Under the pieces are notes generated by a model. That model ran no database searches. It had not been told where the DNA came from and was given only the letters and a program-made list of their open reading frames with translations. A stretch of 64,000 nucleotides of DNA. Origin: Nemertoderma westbladi. Its lineage: Eukaryota; Animalia; Xenacoelomorpha. The position numbers were made by a program, and so were the translations under genes. The DNA lies in NCBI GenBank assembly GCA_032718475.1, contig JAUCBJ010006711.1:62001-126000 (forward strand), written 5' to 3'. Below, one piece after another: positions 14,501-28,203 of this stretch (positions are counted from its first letter, which is position 1; each line of letters begins with the position of its first letter).

Positions 14501-17094
14501 GTAACCTATCTCCCTGTTAATATTGTTGTGTTCTAGAATATTTATTATAGTTTCATCGTATTGCCAAAGTGACTAGGGCTGAAGTTGACTCATAATACAA
14601 TAATTCACCTCAAATATCTCAGCTATTTCATGAACATGATGAAGTATTAAATCCATGTTAAATTCCTTGGTATTTTTCTGCAATAATTTATCAAAATATC
14701 CTCTGATTTTTTTCAAAAACCATATCAATTTTCATATTTATAACTTCTATCCCACTCCACGAGATAGAGAATCTTAAATGAACGTCAAAAGAACAGGTAA
14801 CACTTACATTTATTGCAGTAATCAGCTGTTATTTGCTACGTCTTTCCGCTGGAGATGGATGAATTTTGATTGCGTTGGAACACCCCCTATCTGTGGCTGT
14901 CTGAGAGGAGAGATAAGTAGCCTATCTCCCTGTTAATATTGTTGTGTTCTAGAATATTTATTATAGTTTCATCGTATTGCCAAAGTGACTAGAGCTGAAG
15001 TTGACTCATAATACAATAATTCACCTCAAATATCTCAGCTATTTCATGAACATAATGAAGTATTAAATCCATGTCAAATTCCTTGGTATTTTTCTGCAAT
15101 AATTTATCAAAATATCCTCTGATTTTTTTCAAAAACCATATCAATTTTCATATTTATAACTTCTAACCCACTCAACGAGATAAAGAATCTTAAATGAAAG
15201 TCAAAAGAACAGGTAACACTTACATTTATAGAAGTAATCAGCTGTTATTTGCTATGTCTTTCCGCTGGAGATGGATGAATTTTGATTGTGTCAGAACACA
15301 CCCTATCTGTGGCTGTCTGAGTTGAGAAATAAGTAGCCTATCTCCCTATTAATATTGTTGTGTTCTAGAATATTTATTATAGTTTCATCGTATTGCTAAA
15401 GTGGCTGGAGCTAAAGTTATTATGTAATGCAATAATTCACGTCAAATATCTCAGCTATTTCATGGACATAATGAAGTATTAAAGCCATGTCAAAATCCTT
15501 GGTGTTTTTCTGCAATAATTTATCAAAATATCCTCTGATTTTTTACAAAAACCATATCGATTTTCATATTTATATCTTCTATCCCACTCCACGAGATAGA
15601 GAATCTTAAATGAACGTCAAAAGAACAGGTAACACTTACATTTATAGCAGTAATCAGCTGTTATTTGCTACGTCTTTCCGCTGGAGATGGATGAATTTTG
15701 ATTGCGTTGGAACACCCCCTATCTGTGGCTGTCTGAGAGGAGAGATAAGTAGCCTATCTCCCTGTTAATATTGTTGTGTTCTAGAATATTTATTATAGTT
15801 TCATCGTATTGCCAAAGTGACTAGAGCTGAAGTTGACTCATAATACAATAATTCACCTCAGATATCTCAGCTATTTCATGAACATAATGAAGTATTAAAT
15901 CCATGTCAAAATCCTTGGTGTTTTTCTGCAATAATTTATCAAAATATCCTCTGATTTTTTACAAAAACCATATCGATTTTCATATTTATATCTTCTATCC
16001 CACTCCACGAGATAGAGAATCTTAAATGAACGTCAAAAGAACAGGTAACACTTACATTTATAGCAGTAATCAGCTGTTATTTGCTACGTCTTTCCGCTGG
16101 AGATGGATGAATTTTGATTGCGTTGGAACACCCCCTATCTGTGGCTGTCTGAGAGGAGAGATAAGTAGCCTATCTCCCTGTTAATATTGTTGTGTTCTAG
16201 AATATTTATTATAGTTTCATCGTATTACCAAAGTGACTAGAGCTGAAGTTGACTCATAATACAATAATTCACCTCAAATATCTCAGCTATTTCATGAACA
16301 TAATGAAGTATTAAATCCATGTCAAAATCCTTGGTGTTTTTCTGCAATAATTTATCAAAATATCCTCTGATTTTTTACAAAAACCATATCGATTTTCATA
16401 TTTATATCTTCTATCCCACTCCACGAGATAGAGAATCTTAAATGAACGTCAAAAGAACTAACAGGTAACACTTACATTTATAGCAGTAATCAGCTGTTAT
16501 TTGCTACGTCTTTCCGCTGGAGATGGATGAATTTTGATTGCGTTGGAACACCCCCTATCTGTGGCTGTCTGAGAGGAGAGATAAGTAGCCTATCTCCCTG
16601 TTAATATTGTTGTGTTCTAGAATATTTATTATAGTTTCATCGTATTGCCAAAGTGACTAGAGCTGAAGTTAACTCATAATACAATAATTCACCTCAAATA
16701 TCTCAGCTATTTCATGAACATAACGAAGTATTAAAGCCATGTCAAAATCATTGGTGTTTTTCTGCAATAATTTATCAAAATATCCTCTGATTTTTTTCAA
16801 AAACCCATCGATTTTCTTATTTATAACTTCTATCCCACTCCACGAGATAGAGAATCTTAAATGAACGTCAAAAGAACAGGTAACACTTACATTTATAGCA
16901 GTAATCAGCTGTTATTTGCTACGTCTTTCCGCTGGAGATGGATGAATTTTGATTGCGTTGGAACACCCCCTATCTGTGGCTGTCTGAGAGGAGAGATAAG
17001 TAGCCTATCTCCCTGTTAATATTGTTGTGTTCTAGAATATTTATTATAGTTTCATCGTATTGCCAAAGTGACTAGAGCTGAAGTTGACTCATAA
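5575..17094. repeat. ~416-bp satellite array, block 2
   Basis: Same monomer, resuming in register after TTAA. Confidence 0.98.
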
Positions 17095-20060
17095 CCCGGG
17101 TTGAGATTCTTAGTATATTTCCTAAGTTCTAAACAAGTCTGCTTAGAAAGGCTTAGAACGCTTAGCAACGCTGGTGCAAAGGGTGAGTAAAGTACTTAAC
17201 AAATTTTCCAATTTCATAAAAAGGACATTGCAAGTTTATAATGTTTAGCAAGTTGTTGCTATGTGACTGACAAGTATTACAGGATATATAAACGTGCTTT
17301 ATATGTAACCGATGATATATGCAAGCACTTTGCAAGTGTAATGAACTAATAACATGCGCATTACAAATCTAGCATATATCTGTAACCTATATATTCCCGG
17401 CACTAGTTCGAACCTGCGTCGCTAATTTTTTTAAGTAATAATTATTTTTGAAAAATAAATGTTGTGGGAAGAGTGGCGGTTAGCTTTCGAATGAAAGTAA
17501 ATGATGACCCCCCCCCCCCCCCCTCTGAGACAAGAGAAACAACACACGGAACATCATAGTGAGTGATGTACTGTATGCTATGCACTTGTGTTTGGTTTGA
17601 TACTCTTTGTTGCAACCCCCCCCCCCCCCCCCTCCCCCATGACATATGTAAACAAATTAATACAGAGACTCAATGTTTTTAATATAAACAACATATAAAC
17701 AAACATATTATTACTGTACGTTACATAGATATATACACATCAGATATAAACGCGCAAATACTGTAGGTCTACATTAAAACACAGTTACGTCGGAAAAATT
17801 TATCCAAAAAGTTCAAAAATGGTATTCCTCATTTCTGTTTATGCAATAAAACTATTTAATTCAAATTTGTAATCTTATCAAGCGCTACAGTAGATTACGA
17901 TTTGAGCACGAAATAAAATAGAAAATTTATCACCCGTCATATAAAGTTACCAATAACATCATCATATTATATTATAACTATATGGATTGCAGCAATTGTA
18001 TTTTGAACATTAGGGTTAACTTTTCCCAACGAAAATAGTGGTTCAATGAATAAATTAAAATTAGAAATACATACACAGAAACATTAAAAATGATTTTAGA
18101 CATGTTCAAAATCATTAATACAAGGAATTCCAAATAATGAAGTGCTACGGCTACCATTCATAGTACTGGTATTGTAATACGATATAGATATAAGGTTATT
18201 ATTGAGATTAGATGCAGGATAACTAGCGGTTCATTGTGGTGGTCCAGTTGAATTTTAGGGCATTTTTTTTACAATTTCGTTACCGGTACTACCCGGTGTC
18301 TGTGAGAAAAGACGGTTTCCTTGGGAAAATGTCTGGAAAAACAGAATAAAAAATCAGGGAAAATATTTTTAAAGTAGGCCTACTTTTTTATCTTCATTTT
18401 GTTATTTTTTATTGGGAGCTGCCGCTCCCATACCCCAGACCCCCGTTTAGTACAATGAAACGGCTTTAACAATAATATAATATAAAGCAAAATTACAATT
18501 AATATTATACTCTGAGAGTTTTACAAGAACCTACAGTAACTATAATGCCAAATAGATAACACAGATACAAATAAGAGAAAGCACAACACATTACATAGTT
18601 TACAGATTCAGTTTACAGCGTCAGACGAGTGGAGTGATCGGCAATCCAGCTCCATCCTCCGTACCCAGACCACTGTGCCACTTTAGCCTCGACTCCCTGA
18701 TGCAATGAGAAGCCCCTCGAACTATGGCGAACTGCACACGGCGGCGAACCCACTCCATGACGGTGCTATAAGGTCTGTCCCAGTTGTGGTGTAACCTATC
18801 AGCGAAGATACTCGGGAGCTTGTTGGCATGCGGTGCCAGAACTCCATTCTACGGAGAGACAAGAGACTACGAAGGGTGCAAAAGTCCGCTCTCCTCTGTC
18901 TCGCTGGTTCCACATATAGTGCGGTTTTAGCGTCCTCCACAGATTCTAGGACCCTCATCGGGGGGCGTCCCGCATATGGCTCGGCGTCAAGGTTTACGAC
19001 CCTGATATCTAACAACGCCTGAGTCTGCCGGTTGAATGCCCCCGAACTCATACATCACACCAAGTCCTGCCTCTCCACTTAATCCAGGCTGGTCTCTGAC
19101 TATGGGTTCCGACTGTCACGTTTCGTGGTCCAAATGCTAGAGAGGCCAGATCCCCAACAACATCACGGAGTTCAATATATGTCTTTGGATTATGAGGCCT
19201 TTTTTAAATTCCAATTCTTCCAAAGTCAATTGTTATTAATCAAATTTCACTAACATTCAAATAATTTGAATTTTAATTGTATCAATTAGGCATTAATTCA
19301 ATTAAATTGTCAATTAGCAACAATCGGACAATTAGGCAAACCATAAATATTTCATTAACGATATAGACAGTACAAACAAAACAAATAAACAATAAACAAA
19401 ACAAGTATACAACAGGCACTAAACAATTAAAGATTACAATACTCTATAAAGAATAACAAAATTAAAGAGTACAAAATACAATAAACAATTGAATTGAAGT
19501 AAACAAACAGCAATAAAACTACCACTATAAATTAAAGTAACAAAACGCTATACACTATTTATTAAAGTAAGCAAAACTCATTAAGCAATTAAACCTAAAT
19601 AAAGAAAACTCAATAAACGCAACTCTGCAGTAGGCCTACTGACCACAAAATGACTGAATGAGTCATTTATTGGCGGTGGATCATGTGACTGATTTTTAAT
19701 TGCAATGCGTGTCAAGCACCACTAAAGTTCTTATTAAATTTTTGTCAAGTTATAAAGTCAACGAAAGTATGTTCTAGGTATACAAAATTTGTTAAAAATT
19801 TGCTAAGTGCATTGCATGATTATAAAGTCATCGAAATTATATTCTAGGTATACAAAATTTGTTAAGAATTTGGTAAGTGCATTGCATGATAAGTGCCCAC
19901 CCAAATATTTCTTAAAATCTATACTGTACTTGGCAAGTATTTTTTAATTCCTTAACAAATAATGCAAAATGTGGTAATTGTAAAAATTTAGTAAAATTAT
20001 CATGCCAGTACCTTGCCATTAGTTAGTACTTTACTAATATGATACGATTCTCAACCCGGG
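17095..20060. mobile_element. Non-autonomous TIR DNA transposon, probably CMC/EnSpm-like (2966 bp)
   Basis: TIR CCCGGGTTGAGA (12 bp perfect, ~25 bp imperfect); 2-bp TSD AA (empty site CATAATAC in other monomers); ~70-bp subterminal duplication at ~19750-19890; no transposase. Superfamily inferred from CCC termini plus 2-bp TSD. Confidence 0.8.
18621..19205 (-). pseudogene. Frameshifted 3' fragment of a CRE-like non-LTR retrotransposon (restriction-like endonuclease region)
   Basis: Across frameshifts it reads KKGLIIQRH-ELRDVVGDLASLAF, ALLDIRVVNLDAEPY and WVRRRVQFAIVRGASHCIRESRLKWHSGLGTEDGAGL..*, resembling CRE-clade C-termini. Confidence 0.7.
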
Positions 20061-23000
20061 AATACAATAATTCACCTCAAATATCTCAGCTATTTCATGA
20101 ACATGATGAAGTATTAAATCCATGTTAAATTCCTTGGTATTTTTCTGCAATAATTTATCAAAATATCCTCTGATTTTTTTCAAAAACCATATCAATTTTC
20201 ATATTTATAACTTCTATCCCACTCCACGAGATAGAGAATCTTAAATGAACGTCAAAAGAACAGGTAACACTTACATTTATTGCAGTAATCAGCTGTTATT
20301 TGCTACGTCTTTCCGCTGGAGATGGATGAATTTTGATTGTGTCAGAACACCCCTATCTGTGGCTGTCTGAGTTGAGAGATAAGTAGCCTATCTCCCTATT
20401 AATATTGTTGTGTTCTAGAATATTTATTATAGTTTCATCGCATTGCTAAAGTGGCTGGAGCTAAAGTTATTATGTAATGCAATAATTCACCTCAAATATC
20501 TCAGCTATTTCATGAACATAATGAAGTATTAAATCCATGTCAAAATCCTTGGTATTTTTCTGCAATAATTTATCAAAATATCCTCTGATTTTTTTCAAAA
20601 ACCATCTCAATTTTCATATTTATAACTTCTAACCCACTCAACGAGATAAAGTATCTTAAATGAAAGTCAAAAGAACAGGTAACACTTACATTTATAGAAG
20701 TAATCAGCTGTTATTTGCTTCGTCTTTCCGCTGGAGATGGATGAATTTTGATTGTGTCAGAACACCCCTATCTGTGGCTGTCTGAGAGGAGAGATAAGTA
20801 GCCTATCTCCCTGTTAATATTGTTGTGTTCTAGAATATTTATTATAGTTTCATCGTATTGCCAAAGTGACTAGGGCTGAAGTTGACTCATAATACAATAA
20901 TTCACCTCAAATATCTCAGCTATTTCATGAACATGATGAAGTATTAAATCCATGTTAAATTCCTTGGTATTTTTCTGCAATAATTTATCAAAATATCCTC
21001 TGATTTTTTTCAAAAACCATATCAATTTTCATATTTATAACTTCTATCCCACTCCACGAGATAGAGAATCTTAAATGAACGTCAAAAGAACAGGTAACAC
21101 TTACATTTATTGCAGTAATCAGCTGTTATTTGCTACGTCTTTCCGCTGGAGATGGATGAATTTTGATTGCGTTGGAACACCCCCTATCTGTGGCTGTCTG
21201 AGAGGAGAGATAAGTAGCCTATCTCCCTGTTAATATTGTTGTGTTCTAGAATATTTATTATAGTTTCATCGTATTGCCAAAGTGACTAGAGCTGAAGTTG
21301 ACTCATAATACAATAATTCACCTCAAATATCTCAGCTATTTCATGAACATAATGAAGTATTAAATCCATGTCAAATTCCTTGGTATTTTTCTGCAATAAT
21401 TTATCAAAATATCCTCTGATTTTTTTCAAAAACCATCTCAATTTTCATATTTATAACTTCTAACCCACTCAACGAGATAAAGTATCTTAAATGAAAGTCA
21501 AAAGAACAGGTAACACTTACATTTATAGAAGTAATCAGCTGTTATTTGCTTCGTCTTTCCGCTGGAGATGGATGAATTTTGATTGTGTCAGAACACCCCT
21601 ATCTGTGGCTGTCTGAGTTGAGAGATAATTAGCCTATCTCCCTATTAATATTGTTGTGTTCTAGAATATTTATTATAGTTTCATCGCATTGCTAAAGTGG
21701 CTGGAGCTAAAGTTATTATGTAATGCAATAATTCACCTCAAATGTCTCAGCTATTTCATGAACATAATGAAGTATTAAATCCATGTCAAATTCCTTGGTA
21801 TTTTTCTGCAATAATTTATCAAAATATCCTCTGATTTTTTTCAAAAACCATATCAATTTTCATATTTATAACTTCTAACCCACTCAACGAGATAAAGAAT
21901 CTTAAATGAAAGTCAAAAGAACAGGTAACACTTACATTTATAGAAGTAATCAGCTGTTATTTGCTATGTCTTTCCGCTGGAGATGGATGAATTTTGATTG
22001 TGTCAGAACACACCCTATCTGTGGCTGTCTGAGTTGAGAAATAAGTAGCCTATCTCCCTATTAATATTGTTGTGTTCTAGAATATTTATTATAGTTTCAT
22101 CGTATTGCTAAAGTGGCTGGAGCTAAAGTTATTATGTAATGCAATAATTCACGTCAAATATCTCAGCTATTTCATGGACATAATGAAGTATTAAAGCCAT
22201 GTCAAAATCCTTGGTGTTTTTCTGCAATAATTTATCAAAATATCCTCTGATTTTTTACAAAAACCATATCGATTTTCATATTTATATCTTCTATCCCACT
22301 CCACGAGATAGAGAATCTTAAATGAACGTCAAAAGAACAGGTAACACTTACATTTATAGCAGTAATCAGCTGTTATTTGCTACGTCTTTCCGCTGGAGAT
22401 GGATGAATTTTGATTGCGTTGGAACACCCCCTATCTGTGGCTGTCTGAGAGGAGAGATAAGTAGCCTATCTCCCTGTTAATATTGTTGTGTTCTAGAATA
22501 TTTATTATAGTTTCATCGTATTGCCAAAGTGACTAGAGCTGAAGTTGACTCATAATACAATAATTCACCTCAGATATCTCAGCTATTTCATGAACATAAT
22601 GAAGTATTAAATCCATGTCAAAATCCTTGGTGTTTTTCTGCAATAATTTATCAAAATATCCTCTGATTTTTTACAAAAACCATATCGATTTTCATATTTA
22701 TATCTTCTATCCCACTCCACGAGATAGAGAATCTTAAATGAACGTCAAAAGAACAGGTAACACTTACATTTATAGCAGTAATCAGCTGTTATTTGCTACG
22801 TCTTTCCGCTGGAGATGGATGAATTTTGATTGCGTTGGAACACCCCCTATCTGTGGCTGTCTGAGAGGAGAGATAAGTAGCCTATCTCCCTGTTAATATT
22901 GTTGTGTTCTAGAATATTTATTATAGTTTCATCGTATTACCAAAGTGACTAGAGCTGAAGTTGACTCATAATACAATAATTCACCTCAAATATCTCAGCT

Positions 23001-24587
23001 ATTTCATGAACATAATGAAGTATTAAATCCATGTCAAAATCCTTGGTGTTTTTCTGCAATAATTTATCAAAATATCCTCTGATTTTTTACAAAAACCATA
23101 TCGATTTTCATATTTATATCTTCTATCCCACTCCACGAGATAGAGAATCTTAAATGAACGTCAAAAGAACTAACAGGTAACACTTACATTTATAGCAGTA
23201 ATCAGCTGTTATTTGCTACGTCTTTCCGCTGGAGATGGATGAATTTTGATTGCGTTGGAACACCCCCTATCTGTGGCTGTCTGAGAGGAGAGATAAGTAG
23301 CCTATCTCCCTGTTAATATTGTTGTGTTCTAGAATATTTATTATAGTTTCATCGTATTGCCAAAGTGACTAGAGCTGAAGTTAACTCATAATACAATAAT
23401 TCACCTCAAATATCTCAGCTATTTCATGAACATAACGAAGTATTAAAGCCATGTCAAAATCATTGGTGTTTTTCTGCAATAATTTATCAAAATATCCTCT
23501 GATTTTTTTCAAAAACCCATCGATTTTCTTATTTATAACTTCTATCCCACTCCACGAGATAGAGAATCTTAAATGAACGTCAAAAGAACAGGTAACACTT
23601 ACATTTATAGCAGTAATCAGCTGTTATTTGCTACGTCTTTCCGCTGGAGATGGATGAATTTTGATTGCGTTGGAACACCCCCTATCTGTGGCTGTCTGAG
23701 AGGAGAGATAAGTAGCCTATCTCCCTGTTAATATTGTTGTGTTCTAGAATATTTATTATAGTTTCATCGTATTGCCAAAGTGACTAGAGCTGAAGTTGAC
23801 TCATAATACAATAATTCACCTCAAATATCTCAGCTATTTCATGAACATGATGAAGTATTAAATCCATGTTAAATTCCTTGGTATTTTTCTGCAATAATTT
23901 ATCAAAATATCCTCTGATTTTTTTCAAAAACCATATCAATTTTCATATTTATAACTTCTATCCCACTCCACGAGATAGAGAATCTTAAATGAACGTCAAA
24001 AGAACAGGTAACACTTACATTTATTGCAGTAATCAGCTGTTATTTGCTACGTCTTTCCGCTGGAGATGGATGAATTTTGATTGCGTTGGAACACCCCCTA
24101 TCTGTGGCTGTCTGAGAGGAGAGATAAGTAGCCTATCTCCCTGTTAATATTGTTGTGTTCTAGAATATTTATTATAGTTTCATCGTATTGCCAAAGTGAC
24201 TAGAGCTGAAGTTGACTCATAATACAATAATTCACCTCAAATATCTCAGCTATTTCATGAACATAATGAAGTATTAAATCCATGTCAAATCCCTTGGTAT
24301 TTTTCTGCAATAATTTATCAAAATATCCTCTGATTTTTTTCAAAAACCATCTCAATTTTCATATTTATAACTTCTAACCCACTGCTTTCCGCTGGAGATG
24401 GATGAATTTTGATTGTGTCAGAACACCCCTATCTGTGGCTGTCTGAGTTGAGAGATAAGTCGCATATCTCCCTATTAATATTGTTGTGTTCTAGAATATT
24501 TATTATAGTTACATCGTATTGCTAAAGTGGCTGGAGCTAAAGTTATTATGTAATGCAATAATTCACCTCAAATATCTCAGCTATTTC
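20061..24587. repeat. ~416-bp satellite array, block 3
   Basis: Same monomer; one unit has a ~80-bp deletion at ~24383. Confidence 0.98.
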
Positions 24588-26816
24588 TGTAAGGTCCAGT
24601 AGTATACCGCTTACCGGATCCTAGTAACGATGTATCTTACCGTAAGATCTAGTAATGTATACGGGCTCATACAGTATCTGACAACAAATCCCAGTCCAGG
24701 ATATCTAAACAAACAGATACAATACACAAACGACTACTGGCGAGGAACAGAGCCTAGTGTCTATTCTATGTACGTGAGCGGGTCTAATGCCTACGAAACT
24801 AGACAAAAGGATACCTGTCCTCTAACCGGTGAGGCAGATGTACAGTTACAGTAACCGACCAAACTCACGGGAAAACAATCCCCGCGCAGCGAATCCTAAC
24901 TATCGCTGACAGTCCTAAATACCGTAACTTGCCGCGGTGTGATTTATATGGTTTATATACGAGCTAGTGGGTTAACAGACCTAGCGTAACAACACTGATT
25001 CAGTCCTAAATCTGTCGAAAAAGGGTCGTGCCTAATGTAACAATACTGCTGAGCAGAAAACAACAGTTTAATAACGAAAATGAAATACTCCCTATTGCCG
25101 CAACTAAATATCAGATCCTAATTTACAAATACAGATAATTCTGCCTAAAGTAATATATAGTACGCTATAACTAGTAGAACTCTAAGGGCAAATATGTTTT
25201 AGGGCGTGTGTGTGTGGGTGTGTTACAAATAAAACAATTTTGGTGTATATTTTTTCACTAGGTTTTAGTGATTTTCTGACCCAAATGATACCGTGCGCTA
25301 GCTACTAAAATAAACTAGTCGCGTTTTGTAGAACTTTATACTCACAAATGACGTCAAAGCTCTCTCCTTCCTATCCACAACTCAATGGGCAACCATGGTG
25401 TTAGTAACTACACCCATGATCGGCACTAATACCAGATTCTGGTTGTAAGATAAGAAATAGGGGTTAATCGCTACCGTACGTTAGCTGATCTGGTATACGA
25501 ATTTAATTCTAGAACTTTGTTGCCGCGGTAGTTAGCAGCAATACCTATTAGTATGTGGCAAGGCGCGGTAGGATATTAATAAAACCTCCCTAGGCCAAGC
25601 GGTGTGCCGGTAGCAGAAATTGTCCTTGCCTGATCAAATAACTAACTCCAGGGGGGGGGGGGGGGGGGGGGTACTAATGTACATTCTACAAAGCGAACCG
25701 GTACCAAACAGTCAGTACTACGAATCACTAAATTATGGAACATATGCTGTCCGTACCTATGTACTCGCGTACTGATGAATGGCAATAGTTCGCACCTGTG
25801 AGAAGTACAGGTTAACCCAGGGGTTCGCAGGACTGACAAAAAAGGGGGGGGGGGGGGGGTTTCCGCCTAAATATAATTATTTGATCCTAAATTTTGCGGC
25901 GTCCAGGACGGCGTCACGCTTACCCTGATCTATAGGTCTATAGGTCGACGCAAGGGCGTCGAACAAAGTCTTACCTTTCTCACAAAGCGGCGCTGCATGG
26001 CAAGTGGAGTATTTCGAAGGGCAAAGGGGGTGCGCGGTCAAATCCAATGTGGGCGCTAGCGTGTTGAGGACATCTTTCCCCTGCGTTGCTGACGGCCTAA
26101 CGGTCTAGGCTGCCATCTTCCCGATGTTTGGCTGTCCCAAAGTTGGACCAAAAGAAAACATGTTCAGGAATTTGCAGTATATTTACAGTTTAGCAAAGGA
26201 TTTATCAAACAGATTTAACAAAGTTTCAACAAGAAACCAAATAAACTAATAACAATTTACTAAAAGTACTAGTGAAGGTATAAGGTGATAACCGAAGGCA
26301 AACCGGCCTTTTTATACTAAATATCGCACATGGAAACCAAAGAGAATTTTCCACAGCTTCACATTTGAGCAAAAGAGTGCTTTATGCCCTATGATTGGCC
26401 CAGCTCATCGTTCAACGCAATCCGGCCCTTACACTAATCTGGGACATGGAATCCTAACAGAATTTTCCATAGCCTCACATTTGAGCAATAAGATATTTTA
26501 TGCCCCATGATTGGCCTGGCTCATTGTTCGCTACGTTGTATGCTTCTCATTGGTCCACCAATTTGCACCAAATGAAAATAAATGGCCCCAAAATACAAAT
26601 TCCCCAACCGGGATTCGAACTCGTAACCTATCTGTAATGTAACCAACGCCTTAACCATCTGACCACTACGCCACGAGAGTAACTAGGGGCTTTTTGTGTA
26701 CAAATATGAATAGGCATATTACATTACTGTAACTTAATCAAAATGCGTCGTATTTTCGAAAGTTTTTACGTTAAAGTTAAACTACAAATGCTATCTTATA
26801 GTGAAATAATTCATCA
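24588..26816 (-). repeat. 3' LTR (2229 bp)
   Basis: Minus strand begins TGATGAATTA (26816) and ends CCTTACA (24588); 26770-26816 is identical to 43128-43174; preceded by short purine-rich ATGGAGCGG (possible PPT). Confidence 0.9.
26601..26672 (-). other. tRNA-derived (SINE-head-like) sequence in LTR U3
   Basis: GGCGTAGTGGTCAGATGGTTAAGGCG...GAGTTCGAATCCCGG: A box TGGTCAGATGG and B box GTTCGAATCC at tRNA spacing; acceptor and anticodon arms do not pair well. Confidence 0.7.
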
Positions 26817-27344
26817 CCGCTCCATGAAAACAGTAAGTAAGATTGTTTTCACCAATCGAAGTACAAAATATTTACAAACTACTTCTAAATCTACTGGTGG
26901 GGCCTAAAATATAAAATATAACACTATCTAATTATTGCATACTTAATATTGCAGATACGGCGTAAATACAATCGATCGTACATACAAATACAAATTTACT
27001 AATTAACTTTAGTGCCTAAAATACAAAAAAGGCTTTCGGTTATCAAGGTAAGCAAATTAACAAATTAGATCAAGACAAATTAGAATAAATCAAACAAATA
27101 ATTTCAAATCTCTTTCGATAAATCTTTATATTGTAAATATACATAATAAATTCACCAAATTAAATCAGTCCAAATATAATATAAACACAATGCGCTAATA
27201 ACTTTCAAATGAGTCTTAAAGGGTCCTCCTGACAAGCTTAAAAGTTCGTCCTGCTGGTCTGGATATCTTCTCCTGAGCACCAATTGCTAACGGTAGGCTC
27301 GCAAGCCTTCCTTTCCATATCTCACTCCTCCAAACCCAACATTC

Positions 27345-27426
27345 AAACATAATGTCCAATATAAATATCCAAATATAATATCCAAATATAATATCCAAAT
27401 ATATTATCCAAATATAATATCCAAAT
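27345..27426. repeat. Minisatellite (TCCAAATATAATA)n-like in the BEL 3' untranslated region
   Basis: About 6 units of 12-14 bp, lying between two copies of the 20-nt hairpin. Confidence 0.85.
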
Positions 27427-27612
27427 CGGTAGGCTCGCAAGCCTTCCTTCTTCTCGCTTCCTATTCCTTCGCTGAGCGGGCTCGTCCACGTCCTCTAGTG
27501 CGATTGGGGGGTGGTCGAGGTCGAACTGGGCTCGGACTTCGGCGTCGAGTCGTCGGTGGTTCCAAAACGCTAGGAAAGGGGACGGCGGGAGTTTCGCACA
27601 TCCGTCGTGCGC

Positions 27613-28203
27613 TCAATCCTCTAAATCCTCTAAATTCTCTGCTAACGCCGTGGACTTGAAGCCAGTCTCACGCAAAACGTTGGTCTCGTCTAGAATACAC
27701 GAGGTTACGCGTTTGTGATAAAATGCGCTCCGGTATGCCCAAGCTATCGAATGCCAGGCTCCTCGATTCCGCTGTTCAACTCGCAGTTTATCGAATTCTC
27801 CGGCGGTAATCTTGTTCACCACAGTTTGAAAGTTCCAAGTATTCTTGTTGTCGGGGTGCACCTGTAAGAAATAGTCCCGCACAACTTTGAATCCACTGTC
27901 CAATGGCAATATATCCAACACCTCCAACAATTCATCATACTAAGGCATAGCCGATACATATCCTTCCTTTGACATTATGAGAGGGTTTACGGCCCAAAAT
28001 CCCAAATGTGCTCTCATAGGGAAGCGGCGTCGCTGCGTCGATACATGCTCGTCTGCTAGATCCTCCCAATGGTCGAATAATTGTCGAACAATTTTAACTG
28101 ACATGTGCTCATAGGGGACGTCTCTAAGTTGACATTCGGATGCCCTATGGCCCTTAATATTACAATAAGTGCACTGCGCCACGAAACGCCAGCAAGTGTA
28201 CAA
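27613..28203 (-). pseudogene. Probable C-terminal continuation of the extra ORF, with a CCHC zinc knuckle
   Basis: Overlaps the end of 28160-30076 in another frame; CTYCNIKGHRASEC; 27940-28203 and 27613-27930 are in one frame separated by a single TAG. Confidence 0.6.

Noticed and set aside
1-26500. The two opposite LTRs as terminal inverted repeats of one giant element
   Set aside because: The second LTR belongs to an element with its own TSD, the copies differ by many indels, and the satellite orientation is unchanged; these are independent insertions
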